The translations under genes were made by a program, and so were the position numbers. A stretch of DNA of 42,305 nucleotides from Chloroflexota bacterium (GTDB lineage Bacteria > Chloroflexota > Dormibacteria > CF-121): NCBI GenBank assembly GCA_005882525.1, contig VBGO01000008.1, positions 1-42,305 of the forward strand. The letters are read 5' to 3'. Positions 8,257-18,022 of this stretch are shown here, in pieces. The notes beneath the pieces are model-generated. The model did no database searches. It was given only the letters and a program-made list of their open reading frames with translations, and had not been told where the DNA came from. Positions within the stretch are counted from its first letter, which is position 1. Each line of letters starts with the position of its first letter.

Positions 8257-9123
8257 CTAGATCAGGTTCTGGCGCGACGCCGCGGCCACGGCCTCGGCGC
8301 GGTTGCGCGCATTCAGCCGGCTCAAGAGATTTTCGACGTAGGTCTTGATCGTGTTTTCGCTGAGGTGCAGGCGACCGGCGATCATGGAGTTCGAGAAGCC
8401 CTCGGACACCAGCTGGAGGACCTCCTGCTCGCGCGGCGAGAGGCGAACGGCGGGGACAGTGGCGCTGGTCACCGGCACCTCCGCGGCGGTCACGCCAGCC
8501 CCTGACGTGGCGCCTGCGCTCGAGCCGTTAGCGGTCAGGGTCCCCTGGGCCTGTGGCAGAACGCCGCCGATGACGATCCGGTCGTAGGCCGCCAGGATGG
8601 CGCCCGCGACCACCATGATCAGGCTCCAGAACACCACGTCCCGTCCGTCGAAGTCCTGGTTGAAGACGGCCTTGAGGGCCGCATGGAGGGCGATCATTCC
8701 GACGACAAAGATGCCAACGCACAGCATGGCGCCCTCCGCACCGTCGTAGGCGACCATCCAGACGATCAGCAGGATGTAGGCGGCGTAGATGCTGGTGCTC
8801 GCGCCAACCCCGCCGAAGACGAACAGCACCAGGAAATAGCTGAGGGTATCGAGGAGCGTGAGGGCCCGCCCCACCCGGTGGATCGAGGCATCGTCCGCCT
8901 TGGAAATGGCGATCATGCCCCACGCGTTGTATACCGCCACCCATCCGAGAACCAGGGCGAGTCCCACCGACGACCGGGGTGGCACCGCGAGCGACAGGAT
9001 GGCGGCGAAGAGCAGGCCGGGCCAGCGGACGACGGTGCCCAGCCGGGCCAGTTGACGGATCGAGGTCGCGTTCAGGCGCGGGCGCTGCGCGGCATCGAGT
9101 CCGATGAACGAAAGCGTCCGCAC
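8257..9123 (-). CDS. Membrane-anchored LuxR/FixJ-family transcriptional regulator (multi-TM N-terminus plus C-terminal HTH)
   Basis: C-terminal LSPREQEVLQLVSEGFSNSMIAGRLHLSENTIKTYVENLLSRLNARNRAEAV is a classic LuxR-type HTH. About six predicted TM helices precede it. The GTG start at 9123 has GGAGG 7 nt upstream. Confidence 0.85.
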   Translation of the reverse strand: MRTLSFIGLDAAQRPRLNATSIRQLARLGTVVRWPGLLFAAILSLAVPPRSSVGLALVLGWVAVYNAWGMIAISKADDASIHRVGRALTLLDTLSYFLVLFVFGGVGASTSIYAAYILLIVWMVAYDGAEGAMLCVGIFVVGMIALHAALKAVFNQDFDGRDVVFWSLIMVVAGAILAAYDRIVIGGVLPQAQGTLTANGSSAGATSGAGVTAAEVPVTSATVPAVRLSPREQEVLQLVSEGFSNSMIAGRLHLSENTIKTYVENLLSRLNARNRAEAVAAASRQNLI

Positions 9124-9230
9124 TCCCCGACCTCCGCCCTGCCCCCTAGGGTGGCCCCATTCTAGCCGCGCTCCCGAGCGCCGTAAAGGCCACCCGCGGC
9201 CGCGCCGCCCGCCTCGGCCAACATTACAAT

Positions 9231-10196
9231 ATGACTAACACTATGTCTGGTAATGCGGGTACGATATCGGCCGGATTGCGGATGGCCTGGCCGGCCCGCC
9301 GGCCGTCCGGTCGAGCCGTCCTCGTCGTGCTCCTGATGGCCGGGCTCGCACTGAGTAGCCGCGGGGTCAATGCCATCGCCCTGAGTGGTATGTCCGCCGC
9401 TGGTCCCGAGCGGGCGGCACCCGCCGTCACCGAGACGGCCGCCCTGCAGGCGGAGGCGCGCCGCCTGTTGGCGCAATACCGCGGGAATCCACCGGCCTTG
9501 CGGGATTCCGCGGGCGCGGCGCTTGCGGCGGGACGGAATGACGCGACCGTCGCGGTGTTCCTCAAGCTCCGCTGGGCCGGCCGGCTGCGCGCCGGGCTCG
9601 AGCGGTATGGCGCCATGCTGGCCTCCGCCGATGTCCAGCAGCTGGCGTTCGCGGCCGCCGGCGTTCAACGGTACGGGGCGCAGCTCCACAATGGCCTGCT
9701 GCTCGATGGGCCGAGCCGGCTGATTACGGTCTCCATCCACGACCAGCGCCTGATCGCATACGACGGCGGCCGCGTGGTCGTCGACGCGCCGGTTACCACC
9801 GGCCGGCCCGCGCTGCCGACCGACATTGGCGCGATGCGGGTGATGCGCAAGGACGCGCCGTGGACGATGCAATCGCCATGGCCCAAGGGATCGCCCGAGT
9901 GGTACCCGGACACGGTCGTCCAGATGGTGGTCTGGTTCACCAGGAACGGCGAAGGCCTGCATGATGCCAGCTGGCAGCCGGCATCGACGCTCGGGCCGGG
10001 TTCCCAGTACGGTCCATTCGCGAGCCATGGGTGCATCCACGTGCCGCTGGCAGCGGTCAAGGCGCTATTCGAGTGGGCCCCGACCGGAACGCCCGTCGTG
10101 GTGTATCCCGGTGACGGGTCACCGGTCGCCAGCCAGGCCCAGCAACAGTCGGTCGACGCGATGGGCAACCCGATCGGCGGCGTGCGCGGCGCCTGA
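9231..10196 (+). CDS. L,D-transpeptidase (YkuD domain) with signal peptide
   Basis: YkuD catalytic motif FASHGCIHVP, upstream ISIHDQRLIAYDGG and PVTTGRP. The N-terminus is signal-like (VLVVLLMAGLALSSRGVNA). Confidence 0.9.
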   Translation: MTNTMSGNAGTISAGLRMAWPARRPSGRAVLVVLLMAGLALSSRGVNAIALSGMSAAGPERAAPAVTETAALQAEARRLLAQYRGNPPALRDSAGAALAAGRNDATVAVFLKLRWAGRLRAGLERYGAMLASADVQQLAFAAAGVQRYGAQLHNGLLLDGPSRLITVSIHDQRLIAYDGGRVVVDAPVTTGRPALPTDIGAMRVMRKDAPWTMQSPWPKGSPEWYPDTVVQMVVWFTRNGEGLHDASWQPASTLGPGSQYGPFASHGCIHVPLAAVKALFEWAPTGTPVVVYPGDGSPVASQAQQQSVDAMGNPIGGVRGA

Positions 10197-10279
10197 ACCG
10201 GGTCGGTGCGCCGCCCAGCGGCCCAAGTCCGTCAGACGGAACTTTTCGGGGGCCTGGGCGTCGTAATGATCAGAGCCTC

Positions 10280-10666
10280 ATGAAACGTATCGTGGCGTCG
10301 ATCATCCTGGCGGGCGCGATGGCTGCCTGCGGCAGCCAGGCGGCCCAGCCGGCGCCCCCGGGCACCGGGATCCAGGGCATGGTCCAGGCGGGCCCCACCT
10401 GTCCGGTCGAACGGATCAACTCGCCCTGTCCGCCACATCCGCTGGCCGCGACCGTCGTCGTCCGCGATGGGACCGGCGCCGAGGTCACGCGCTTCCATTC
10501 GGGCAGCGACGGCCGGTTCAAGGTTGACCTGAGGCCGGGGACCTACAACCTGCTCGGTCTAATGATCGGCTCCAGTTTCTTGCCGAGACCGATCCCAACC
10601 TCGGTCACCGTTTCCGCCGGCGCGTACACGTCGGTGAACGTCGAGTACGACAGCGGAATCCGCTGA
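10280..10666 (+). CDS. Lipoprotein with carboxypeptidase-regulatory-like beta-sandwich features
   Basis: Lipobox ILAGAMAACGS. Pattern VVVRDGTGAEV...SDGRFKVDLRPGTYNL. Confidence 0.7.
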   Translation: MKRIVASIILAGAMAACGSQAAQPAPPGTGIQGMVQAGPTCPVERINSPCPPHPLAATVVVRDGTGAEVTRFHSGSDGRFKVDLRPGTYNLLGLMIGSSFLPRPIPTSVTVSAGAYTSVNVEYDSGIR

Positions 10667-10685
10667 GTTCCGCGACGACGGACGC

Positions 10686-11660
10686 CTAGTTCCCGATGTG
10701 CGCGGCGGGGATCGTCCCCATTCGACCGCGACGGTAGTCGTCGAACGCCTGGGCCAGCTCTTCGTGCGTGTTCATCACGAAGGGGCCGTACCAGGCGACC
10801 GGCTCACCAATCGGTTCGCCGCCGAGGACGAGCACCTCGAGGTTCGGTGACCGACTTTCTTGCGCGAGGTCGGCGGTCAGGCTGATCAGGTCGCCCGCGC
10901 CGAAGGCTGCCAGCTGTCCGGTGCTGATGGGCGCCCGCGTTGCCCCGGCGGTTCCGTGTCCGGCCAGAACGTACACCAACCCGTTGAACTCGGGCCGCCA
11001 GGGGAGCCGCAGCTCGGCGCCCGGACTGACCGTGGCATGCAGCAGGCTGATCGGCGTGTGGGTGATCCCAGGTCCGCTGTGACCCGCCACCTCACCGGCG
11101 ATCACGCGCACCAGCGCCCCACCATCGTGTGAGGACAGCAGCGTGACCCTGGTGGCTCCGATGTCCTGGTAGCGCGGCGGTGTCCACTTCTGGCCGGCGG
11201 GCAGATTCACCCAGAGCTGGATGCCATGGAACAGGCCGCCGCTGGCGATCAGGGCCTCGGGCGGCCGTTCGATGTGCAGGATCCCGGCACCGGCCGTCAT
11301 CCACTGGGTGGCGCCATTGGTGATCAAGCCGCCCCCGCCGGTGGAATCCTGGTGCTGGAAGGTCCCGTCGATCATGTAGGTGACGGTCTCGAAGCCGCGA
11401 TGTGGATGCCATGCGGTTCCCTTCGGCTCACCGGGTCCGTACTCGACCTCGCCCATCTGATCCATGTGAATGAAGGGATCGAGGAAACGCTGGTCGAGCC
11501 CGTAGAAGGCGCGACGTACCGGAAAGCCCTCGCCCTCGACGCCCTTGGGCGCCGTGGTGATGGCGAGGACGGGACGCTCGATCCGGGTGGTGCGGTCCAG
11601 GTCCGGGATCCGGGGGAGCGTCAGGATGTTCTCGACGGTAATGGCCGGCATGACACCCAT
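10686..11660 (-). CDS. Pirin-family (bicupin) protein
   Basis: PVRRAF...FLDPFIHMDQM...WHPHRGFETVTYMIDG...HQDS.G..G.I..G..QWMTAGAGILHIE is the pirin N-cupin signature. The start is taken at the internal ATG (11660 or 11651), because the upstream residues look non-coding. Confidence 0.9.
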   Translation of the reverse strand: MGVMPAITVENILTLPRIPDLDRTTRIERPVLAITTAPKGVEGEGFPVRRAFYGLDQRFLDPFIHMDQMGEVEYGPGEPKGTAWHPHRGFETVTYMIDGTFQHQDSTGGGGLITNGATQWMTAGAGILHIERPPEALIASGGLFHGIQLWVNLPAGQKWTPPRYQDIGATRVTLLSSHDGGALVRVIAGEVAGHSGPGITHTPISLLHATVSPGAELRLPWRPEFNGLVYVLAGHGTAGATRAPISTGQLAAFGAGDLISLTADLAQESRSPNLEVLVLGGEPIGEPVAWYGPFVMNTHEELAQAFDDYRRGRMGTIPAAHIGN

Positions 11661-11753
11661 AACAACCCAGGTCCGCGAGTCGCTATTCCGATCACCGAAT
11701 CCGACCGCCAACGGTGTCGAGTTCAATCCTCCGGTGCGTTAACGTCAACAGCT

Positions 11754-12704
11754 GTGAGGATCGGCGTGATGCTCGAGGCCCAGGAGGGGTTGACCTGGGA
11801 CCGCTGGTTTGCGATCGCCGACCGGGTCGAAGCGCTCGGCCTCGACTCCTTATGGCGCTCCGACCATTTCTTCAGCCTGATGGGCCACCCGCAGCGGCCG
11901 GCCCTGGAGTGCTGGACCTCGTTGACCGCCCTGGCTCAGCGAACGCGGCGGATCCGGTTCGGGCCGCTGGTCAGCCCGATGACGTTTCGCCACCCCGCGT
12001 TGGTCGCCCGGATGGCCGCCGCGGTCGACCTGCTCTCCGACGGCCGGCTCGTCCTGGGCCTGGGCGCCGGATGGAATGACGCAGAGCATCACGCATTCGG
12101 CATCGCGCTGCCCCCACTGAAAGAGCGGTTCGACCGGCTCGAGGAGGGGATCGCCGTGATCAAGGCGCTGTGGTCCGGCGGACCGGTCGACCTCGAGGCT
12201 CGCTACTACCCTCTGCGCGGCGCCGCGGCCTATCCGCGGCCGGTGCAGCGGCCGGCGCCGCCGATCTTGATCGGTGGTGACGGAGAAGTCCGGTTGCTTC
12301 GGATCGTGGCCCGCGACGCCGATGAATGGAACAGCCACGCCGCCGGCCACGAGGTCTACCAGGTCAAGCGGGCCCGGCTCGAGGAGCACTGCCGGGCCGT
12401 CGGCCGCAACCCGGATGAGATCCGCCGGTCCTGGATGGGCGGCATCCTGATCGGTCGCGACGCCGGCGAGGTCGCGGAGAAAGGTGGTTGGATGCAATCC
12501 TTCCTGGCCGCGCTTTCCGGTGTGCCACCCGCCGCGGCGCCGGATGCGCTGCGTCGGCGCAGCTGGATAGTCGGGACGCCGGACCAGGCCGCGTCGCAGC
12601 TCGACGCCTGGTCGACGGTCGGCGTCGAACGCGTGATGTTCCAGTGGTACAACCTCGACGACCTCGATGGGCTCGGTCTGCTCGCCGGGCTGAACGCGCA
12701 CTAA
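11754..12704 (+). CDS. Luciferase-like monooxygenase (LLM) family, probably F420-dependent oxidoreductase
   Basis: RIGVMLEAQEG...LGLDSLWRSDHF...FGPLVSPMTFRHPALVARMAAAVDLLSDGRLVLGLGAGW is a typical LLM class. The ORF's 5' extension (11226-11753) is antisense to pirin and is rejected. Start candidates are GTG 11754 and ATG 11769. Confidence 0.85.
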   Translation: MRIGVMLEAQEGLTWDRWFAIADRVEALGLDSLWRSDHFFSLMGHPQRPALECWTSLTALAQRTRRIRFGPLVSPMTFRHPALVARMAAAVDLLSDGRLVLGLGAGWNDAEHHAFGIALPPLKERFDRLEEGIAVIKALWSGGPVDLEARYYPLRGAAAYPRPVQRPAPPILIGGDGEVRLLRIVARDADEWNSHAAGHEVYQVKRARLEEHCRAVGRNPDEIRRSWMGGILIGRDAGEVAEKGGWMQSFLAALSGVPPAAAPDALRRRSWIVGTPDQAASQLDAWSTVGVERVMFQWYNLDDLDGLGLLAGLNAH

Positions 12705-12716
12705 GGGAGGATATCC

Positions 12717-13193
12717 ATGGCCACCGCGACCCGATCAACCGACGAGACGATGCATCAGCGGGAGCCCTACGTCACCCATCCGATGGAGCACGTGCCCCGG
12801 CTCGTCCTCTCGCGGCATGTGTCTGGCGACCGGCTTCTCGATCGCGTGGCGGACTTCGTGAATCGCCTGATCGGCTCGATGTATCTCTTCGTCGCGATCA
12901 CCTTTGGCATCGTGATCTGGCTATTCGCCGGCAACATCGTGGGGTTCGACAGGACGCCCTGGCCCTTGCTGCTGACGCTCCTCAACCTGCCGCAGCTGTC
13001 GATCATGATCTCGCTGCAGGTGAGCGCGAACCGCGCGCTGGCGGCGAGCGACGCGCGGGCGATCGCGGATCACGAGACGCTCCACGCCATCCACGAGCTG
13101 GCCAAGATGCAAATCCAGATCCTGGATGGACAAAACCAGGTGCTCGAGCTGCTGAAGAAGGCACACCCGATGCCCACCGGACAGCCCGGCTAG
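12717..13193 (+). CDS. DUF1003-family membrane protein
   Basis: Two TM helices plus the conserved LLLTLLNLPQLSIMISLQVSANR motif. AGGGAGG lies 6 nt upstream of the ATG. Confidence 0.8.
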   Translation: MATATRSTDETMHQREPYVTHPMEHVPRLVLSRHVSGDRLLDRVADFVNRLIGSMYLFVAITFGIVIWLFAGNIVGFDRTPWPLLLTLLNLPQLSIMISLQVSANRALAASDARAIADHETLHAIHELAKMQIQILDGQNQVLELLKKAHPMPTGQPG

Positions 13194-13238
13194 CCGGCTG
13201 ATCGGAAGACACGTCACCTTCCGTGGCCTGGGGTCAGC

Positions 13239-14690
13239 TCAGCCGAAGTTGATCATCACGTTCTTGAGCTGGGTGTAGTTCGCCAGCGCCTCGAGGCCTT
13301 GCTCTCGGCCGAAGCCGCTGCGCTTATAGCCGCCGAAGGGCAGCCCGATACTGCCCTCGACGCTGTAGCTGTTGACGCGCACCTGCCCGGACTTGACTGC
13401 TGTCGCCACGGTGAGCGCCTTGCTCAGGTCGCGCGTCCAGATCCCGGTCACCAGCCCATAGGGCGTGCCGTTGGCGATCGCGATCGCCTCGTCGGTCGAC
13501 CGGAACGTGGTCAAGGTCAGCACCGGACCGAAAATCTCCTCCTGTTCCAGGGCGGTCCCGCGCATCACCCGGTCGAGCAAGGTCGGCTCGATGAAGTAGC
13601 CCTGCGCGAGCTGGGGGGCGTCCGAGCGGCGGCCACCGGTCAACGCGGTCGCCCCATCCTTCGCCCCCGCGGCGATGTACCCGAGCACCCGCTGCATCTG
13701 CCGGTCGCTCACGACCGGGCCCATGTCCGGGTTGTCGAGGCCGCGACCCAGGCGGATGCTCGCAATCCGTGGCGCGAGCAGCTCGACGAAGCGGTCGTGC
13801 GCCGCCTCCTCGACCAGCAGCCGGGTCGGCGCCGTACAAGTTTGCGCCGAGTTCTGCATCAGCGTGGTTCTGGCCGAGGCGGCGGCGCGGTCCAGGTCCG
13901 CATCTGCAAAGACGATGTTGGCTGACTTGCCGCCGAGCTCGAGCGTCACCGGCACGACGTTGTCCGCGGCGGCTTTCATGATCGCAATCCCGGTCGGGAC
14001 CGAGCCGGTGAACGTGATGTGGTTGATCCCTGGATGCGCGGCGAGCGCGGCTCCCGTTTCACGTCCACCGGTCACGACATTGAAGACGCCGGGCGGCAGG
14101 CCGGCCTCCACCGCCAGCTCCGCCAGCCGAATCACGCTGAGGCCGGCTTCGGCGGCCGGTTTGGCCACGACCGCGTTGCCGCACGCCAGTGCCGGCGCAA
14201 TCCCCCGCGAGGCGAGGCGCAACGGGTAGTTCCATGGAATGATCTGGGCCGATACGCCGAGTGGCTCGCGAAGCGTGAAGTCGACGAAGCCCGCTCCCAG
14301 CGGGATGCTCGAGCCGAAGACTTTGTCGGCAACGCCGGCAAAGAATTCGAAGTAGCCGGCGGCGGCGCCAACGTCGTCCTCCGCCTGACGGAGCGGCTTG
14401 CCGACATCGAGGCTCTCGAGTTGGGCGAATTCCCGAGTTCGCTCGCGCAGTAGGCTGGCGAGCCGGTTGAGGACGCGCACTCGGCGAACCGGCGGCAGGC
14501 CGTCCCATCCACCGGTAAAAGCAGCCCGAGCCGATGCGAGCGCCGCATCGACATCAGCTTTGTCTGCCTGAGCCACCGTGGCGAAGACCTCTGCCGTTGC
14601 GGGATCAATCGCCTCCATAGTTGTTCCGGCTCGTGCCCAGGCTCGCTCACCGTTGATGAACATCCGGCCATCGGATGCGGTCGGCTTCAC
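13239..14690 (-). CDS. NAD(P)+-dependent aldehyde dehydrogenase
   Basis: ALDH signatures VTLELGGKSANIVF (Glu active-site region), QTCTAPTRLLV (catalytic Cys), FTGS and PFGGYKRSGFGRE. The start is GTG 14690 or ATG 14663. Confidence 0.9.
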   Translation of the reverse strand: MKPTASDGRMFINGERAWARAGTTMEAIDPATAEVFATVAQADKADVDAALASARAAFTGGWDGLPPVRRVRVLNRLASLLRERTREFAQLESLDVGKPLRQAEDDVGAAAGYFEFFAGVADKVFGSSIPLGAGFVDFTLREPLGVSAQIIPWNYPLRLASRGIAPALACGNAVVAKPAAEAGLSVIRLAELAVEAGLPPGVFNVVTGGRETGAALAAHPGINHITFTGSVPTGIAIMKAAADNVVPVTLELGGKSANIVFADADLDRAAASARTTLMQNSAQTCTAPTRLLVEEAAHDRFVELLAPRIASIRLGRGLDNPDMGPVVSDRQMQRVLGYIAAGAKDGATALTGGRRSDAPQLAQGYFIEPTLLDRVMRGTALEQEEIFGPVLTLTTFRSTDEAIAIANGTPYGLVTGIWTRDLSKALTVATAVKSGQVRVNSYSVEGSIGLPFGGYKRSGFGREQGLEALANYTQLKNVMINFG

Positions 14691-14840
14691 ATCTCTAGCC
14701 TACCGTTGCCGTCCCCAGCCCCGAATTCAGCTCCATCGCGTCGCCGGCCTGGGAGTGTTTTGCAGGTGTGAGATGACTGTTTTTCGGGAAAAACCGATGG
14801 TGTATCCAGTTACGGGCTAGCAAAAAAGGAGCGAGTCCAC

Positions 14841-16049
14841 ATGCGCACGACGGTCGAGGCGAACTCTGACCTTTCCCTGACCCCATCCGACCCGGTGCCA
14901 ACCGCCGCGACGTCCGCCCCGATGGTCACGCTCGACCCGAAAACGAAGGCTCGTCTCGATGCCGCCGTCGGTGCTTACATCGACGCCCTGCTCTCGGCGG
15001 ACCCTCGTTCCGAGGGCTTCAAGAAGAAGGTTGACGGCATCCACGCCCTGGGGAACGAGGAGATCAAGCAGTCTGCCAGCGTTTCGAACCGGATGCTCGA
15101 CCGGCCAGTCGGCGCGCTCGCGCGCACCCAGGACAAGTCCTCGACCGTATCCGGCGCCCTCCTGCAACTTCGGCGCACCGTTGAAGACCTCGACCCATCG
15201 CGTCGCGGGCTGCTGGACCGACGGCGGATCTTCGGCGTTCTGCCGCTAGGCAATCGGCTGCGCGATTACTTCGGCAAGTACGAGTCCGCACAGGGCCATC
15301 TGAATGCAATCGTGCAGGCTCTCTACCGTGGCCAGGACGAGCTGCTCAAGGACAACGCGGCAATTGAGCAGGAGAAGTTGAACCTGTGGGCCGTGATGGA
15401 TCGGCTCAAGCAATACCTCTATCTAGCCCGTACCATTGACCTCTCGCTCGACGTCCGAATCGGCGAGGTGCAGTCGAGCGAGCCGGAGCGGGCGAGGACA
15501 CTGCGCGAGGACTGTCTTTTCTACGTTCGCCAGAAAGCCCAGGACCTTGCCACGCAACTCGCGGTCAGCGCCCAGGGATACCTGGCCCTGGAGCTGGTCA
15601 GAAAGAACAACCTCGAGCTCGCCAAAGGCGTCGACCGCGCCACCACCACGACGGTATCAGCGCTTCGCACGGCGGTGATGACCGCGCAGGGACTGGTTAA
15701 CCAGAAGCTCGTGCTGGACCAGATCGGTGCCCTGAACACCACGACGGCGGAGATGATCGAAGGGACATCGGCGATGCTCCGTCAGCAGTCCGCCAACGTG
15801 CACGAGCAAGCGGCGACGGCGACCGTCAGCCTGGAGAAGCTGCAGGCGGCCTTCGCCAACATCTATGCCACGATCGATACGATCGACGCCTCCAAGCTGC
15901 AAGCGCTGGAAATGATGCGGCAGACGATCGATGCGCTCTCCCGGGAGGTGGCTCGCGCCCAGGCGTACCTCGAGCGGCGGCACGACGCGCCGGCGACCGA
16001 ACTCGCTTCGTTGCCGGACGAGTTGAAACTCCCGGTCGGCACGGCCTAA
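14841..16049 (+). CDS. telA: Toxic anion resistance protein, TelA family
   Basis: 402-aa all-helical protein with a TelA-like conserved core (LLQLRRTVEDLDPS, FGKYESAQGHLNAIVQALYRGQDELLKDNAAIEQEK). AAAGGAG SD. Confidence 0.85.
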   Translation: MRTTVEANSDLSLTPSDPVPTAATSAPMVTLDPKTKARLDAAVGAYIDALLSADPRSEGFKKKVDGIHALGNEEIKQSASVSNRMLDRPVGALARTQDKSSTVSGALLQLRRTVEDLDPSRRGLLDRRRIFGVLPLGNRLRDYFGKYESAQGHLNAIVQALYRGQDELLKDNAAIEQEKLNLWAVMDRLKQYLYLARTIDLSLDVRIGEVQSSEPERARTLREDCLFYVRQKAQDLATQLAVSAQGYLALELVRKNNLELAKGVDRATTTTVSALRTAVMTAQGLVNQKLVLDQIGALNTTTAEMIEGTSAMLRQQSANVHEQAATATVSLEKLQAAFANIYATIDTIDASKLQALEMMRQTIDALSREVARAQAYLERRHDAPATELASLPDELKLPVGTA

Positions 16050-16064
16050 CGGCAGGGAGCACGC

Positions 16065-16718
16065 ATGGGAAGCGCGATCGTGCCTTTCCGTTCATCGCTG
16101 CCCACGCCCTCAGCCGGGCGCGGGCTTGTTGCCTACCTGACCAGCCGCCGAAACCTGACCGGTTCGGCGCTGGCGCTGGTAGGCGCCGGGCTGGTTCTGG
16201 CTGACCCGGTCGGATTGCAGGGCATACTGCTCGTCGCCGTTCTCTATCTGGCCGGCGCGCTTGCCGTCCATGGTAGAGCGCGCGTTAATCGATTTGGCTT
16301 CGATCCGGGGCGGCTACAGAAAAGGCTCTCGGAGCAGATCACGGCAGTCGCGGCCCGGGTCCCACCCGAGATCTTGGCCCGGCTACAGCGGATCGAGCTG
16401 ACCACCACTACCGAGATCCTTCCTCACCTGGATTGCCTACCGCTCGGCGCGCCGGAGCTCTACCTGATTGAGCGAACCGTCTCCGACTACCTGCCGACGG
16501 CGATCGATGCGTACCTGCGTCTCCCGGCCGGCTACGTCTCCTCGCAGCCAGGCAGTCAGGGCCGCGCCGCGCTCGATGTGCTGGCCGAAGAGCTCGACTT
16601 CCTCGACGCCGAGATGCGACAGGTGGCCGAGGTGGTCCACCAAACCGACATGGATCGGCTGCTCGCGCACAAGCGATTCCTGATCGACCGCTTTCGCCGG
16701 GAGGAGGCCTCAGGCTGA
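16065..16718 (+). CDS. Hypothetical membrane protein, TelA-associated (possibly XpaC-like)
   Basis: It starts 15 nt after telA with an AGGGAG SD. It has two N-terminal hydrophobic helices and a helical C-terminal domain. The XpaC assignment rests only on gene context and architecture. Confidence 0.6.
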   Translation: MGSAIVPFRSSLPTPSAGRGLVAYLTSRRNLTGSALALVGAGLVLADPVGLQGILLVAVLYLAGALAVHGRARVNRFGFDPGRLQKRLSEQITAVAARVPPEILARLQRIELTTTTEILPHLDCLPLGAPELYLIERTVSDYLPTAIDAYLRLPAGYVSSQPGSQGRAALDVLAEELDFLDAEMRQVAEVVHQTDMDRLLAHKRFLIDRFRREEASG

Positions 16719-17636
16719 GGTGGGCCGGCGCAGAGTGGGCCGGAGCGATGTGGGCAACAGCCGCCAGATGCCCAGGCCCAGGGCGATGAGCAGCAGGAAC
16801 GGCAGGAGGAAACCGCCGACGACCAGCATGCCACCGATGACGGCCACGAACGCTTGTCCGGCCGTGCCGAGCGAGCTCGCAAGACCGCTGCGATCCCAGA
16901 GGTTGGGTTGGGCCGGGGCGGCCGCGACGGTGAACAGGTGAACCGTGATGGTCGAATAGGTGGTCCGCTGGTCGAGGAACCGGATGCGTCCCTCGATCTG
17001 CTCGATCTGGCCGGTGACGCTGGACAGCTGGTTCTGGACCGCGATGCTGTCCGGGATGCTCTGGGCGCGCCGCATCAGGTCGAGGAGGATCGCCTGCTGT
17101 GCTTGCTGATTCTTGAGCCGGGACTGCAGGTCGACATACTCTCCGCTGACATCCTGGCTGGTGACCTGGAGCTGGGTCGGCTTGCCGAGCCCGCGCAGCG
17201 CCGCGAGCGCATCGCTGTAGCTGGATGACGGAACGGCGACCACGACACTCCCCGAGTCGGTCTCCTTTCCGGTGGTGTCACCGACTTGCGAGCTGACGAG
17301 GTAGCCGTTGAAGCGTCCGGCGATCGTAATGGCCTGGTTGTAGCTATCCCAGAAGGAGCCGGACTTGATCTGGATCCCGAGGGTGGCGTCCTGGATGACC
17401 TTCTGGTTGCCCTGGGCCGTGAGGACCGCGTTGCTGGCCTGGGACGCCGGCGCGCCGGAGCCGGTGCTCTTGTCGGCGCTGGCATAGGTCATCGAGTTGC
17501 CACCCTGACCCAGTCCGGCGCTGACGTGGCTGGGCGACCCGGTCGAGGTCGAGGCGGCGCCGCACGCGGCCAGCAGACCGGCGACGCCCAACAGGCCCAG
17601 GAGAGAAAGGCGCCGGATCGGTGGCAGGATGTTCAT
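16710..17636 (-). CDS. DUF4349-domain lipoprotein with C-terminal TM anchor
   Basis: Signal plus lipobox [13 protein letters not shown] when started at ATG 17636. The central region [28 protein letters not shown]...[32 protein letters not shown] is typical of DUF4349. Confidence 0.8.
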   Translation of the reverse strand: MNILPPIRRLSLLGLLGVAGLLAACGAASTSTGSPSHVSAGLGQGGNSMTYASADKSTGSGAPASQASNAVLTAQGNQKVIQDATLGIQIKSGSFWDSYNQAITIAGRFNGYLVSSQVGDTTGKETDSGSVVVAVPSSSYSDALAALRGLGKPTQLQVTSQDVSGEYVDLQSRLKNQQAQQAILLDLMRRAQSIPDSIAVQNQLSSVTGQIEQIEGRIRFLDQRTTYSTITVHLFTVAAAPAQPNLWDRSGLASSLGTAGQAFVAVIGGMLVVGGFLLPFLLLIALGLGIWRLLPTSLRPTLRRPTSA

Positions 17637-17698
17637 CTCGGAAACTAAGACGCGGATGGGAATCGAAAAGTTCCCGTTCCTCAGGCTAAGCTTGAAAC

Positions 17699-18013
17699 GT
17701 GAGCCAACCGGTTGACCTTTCACCCCTGCAGCGCGAGCTCGACAACCTCCGCCTTCAGCTCTGCCATTGCAACAACGCCGGTACCTGTCTCGGCTGCCAG
17801 GGGGTGGAAATGCTGCGCCAGCAGGCCCAGATGATCGTGTCGGCGGCCACCCAGCCGGTGCTGCTGCAGGTTGCCCAGGAAACCCAGGCCAAGGAGCTCG
17901 TCAAGCAGGTCCAGGAGATGCAGGAGCGCCTGCTGCGCGACCCTGAAGCCGCGAAAGCCCTGGAAGAACTGCTGAAGTATTTCCAGGAGCCGCCCCAGGA
18001 GACGAACCACTAG
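17699..18013 (+). CDS. Hypothetical small protein with CxC-x5-CxxC motif
   Basis: 104-aa ORF with a GTG start, a [14 protein letters not shown] cluster and then a helical, Gln/Glu-rich tail. An equally long antisense ORF exists, so coding status is unproven. Confidence 0.4.
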   Translation: MSQPVDLSPLQRELDNLRLQLCHCNNAGTCLGCQGVEMLRQQAQMIVSAATQPVLLQVAQETQAKELVKQVQEMQERLLRDPEAAKALEELLKYFQEPPQETNH

Positions 18014-18022
18014 CGGCCGCGG

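Noticed and set aside
11226-11753. 176-codon N-terminal extension of the LLM oxidoreductase ORF.
   Set aside because: It is antisense to the pirin gene. LLM homology begins at RIGVMLEAQEG (GTG 11754).
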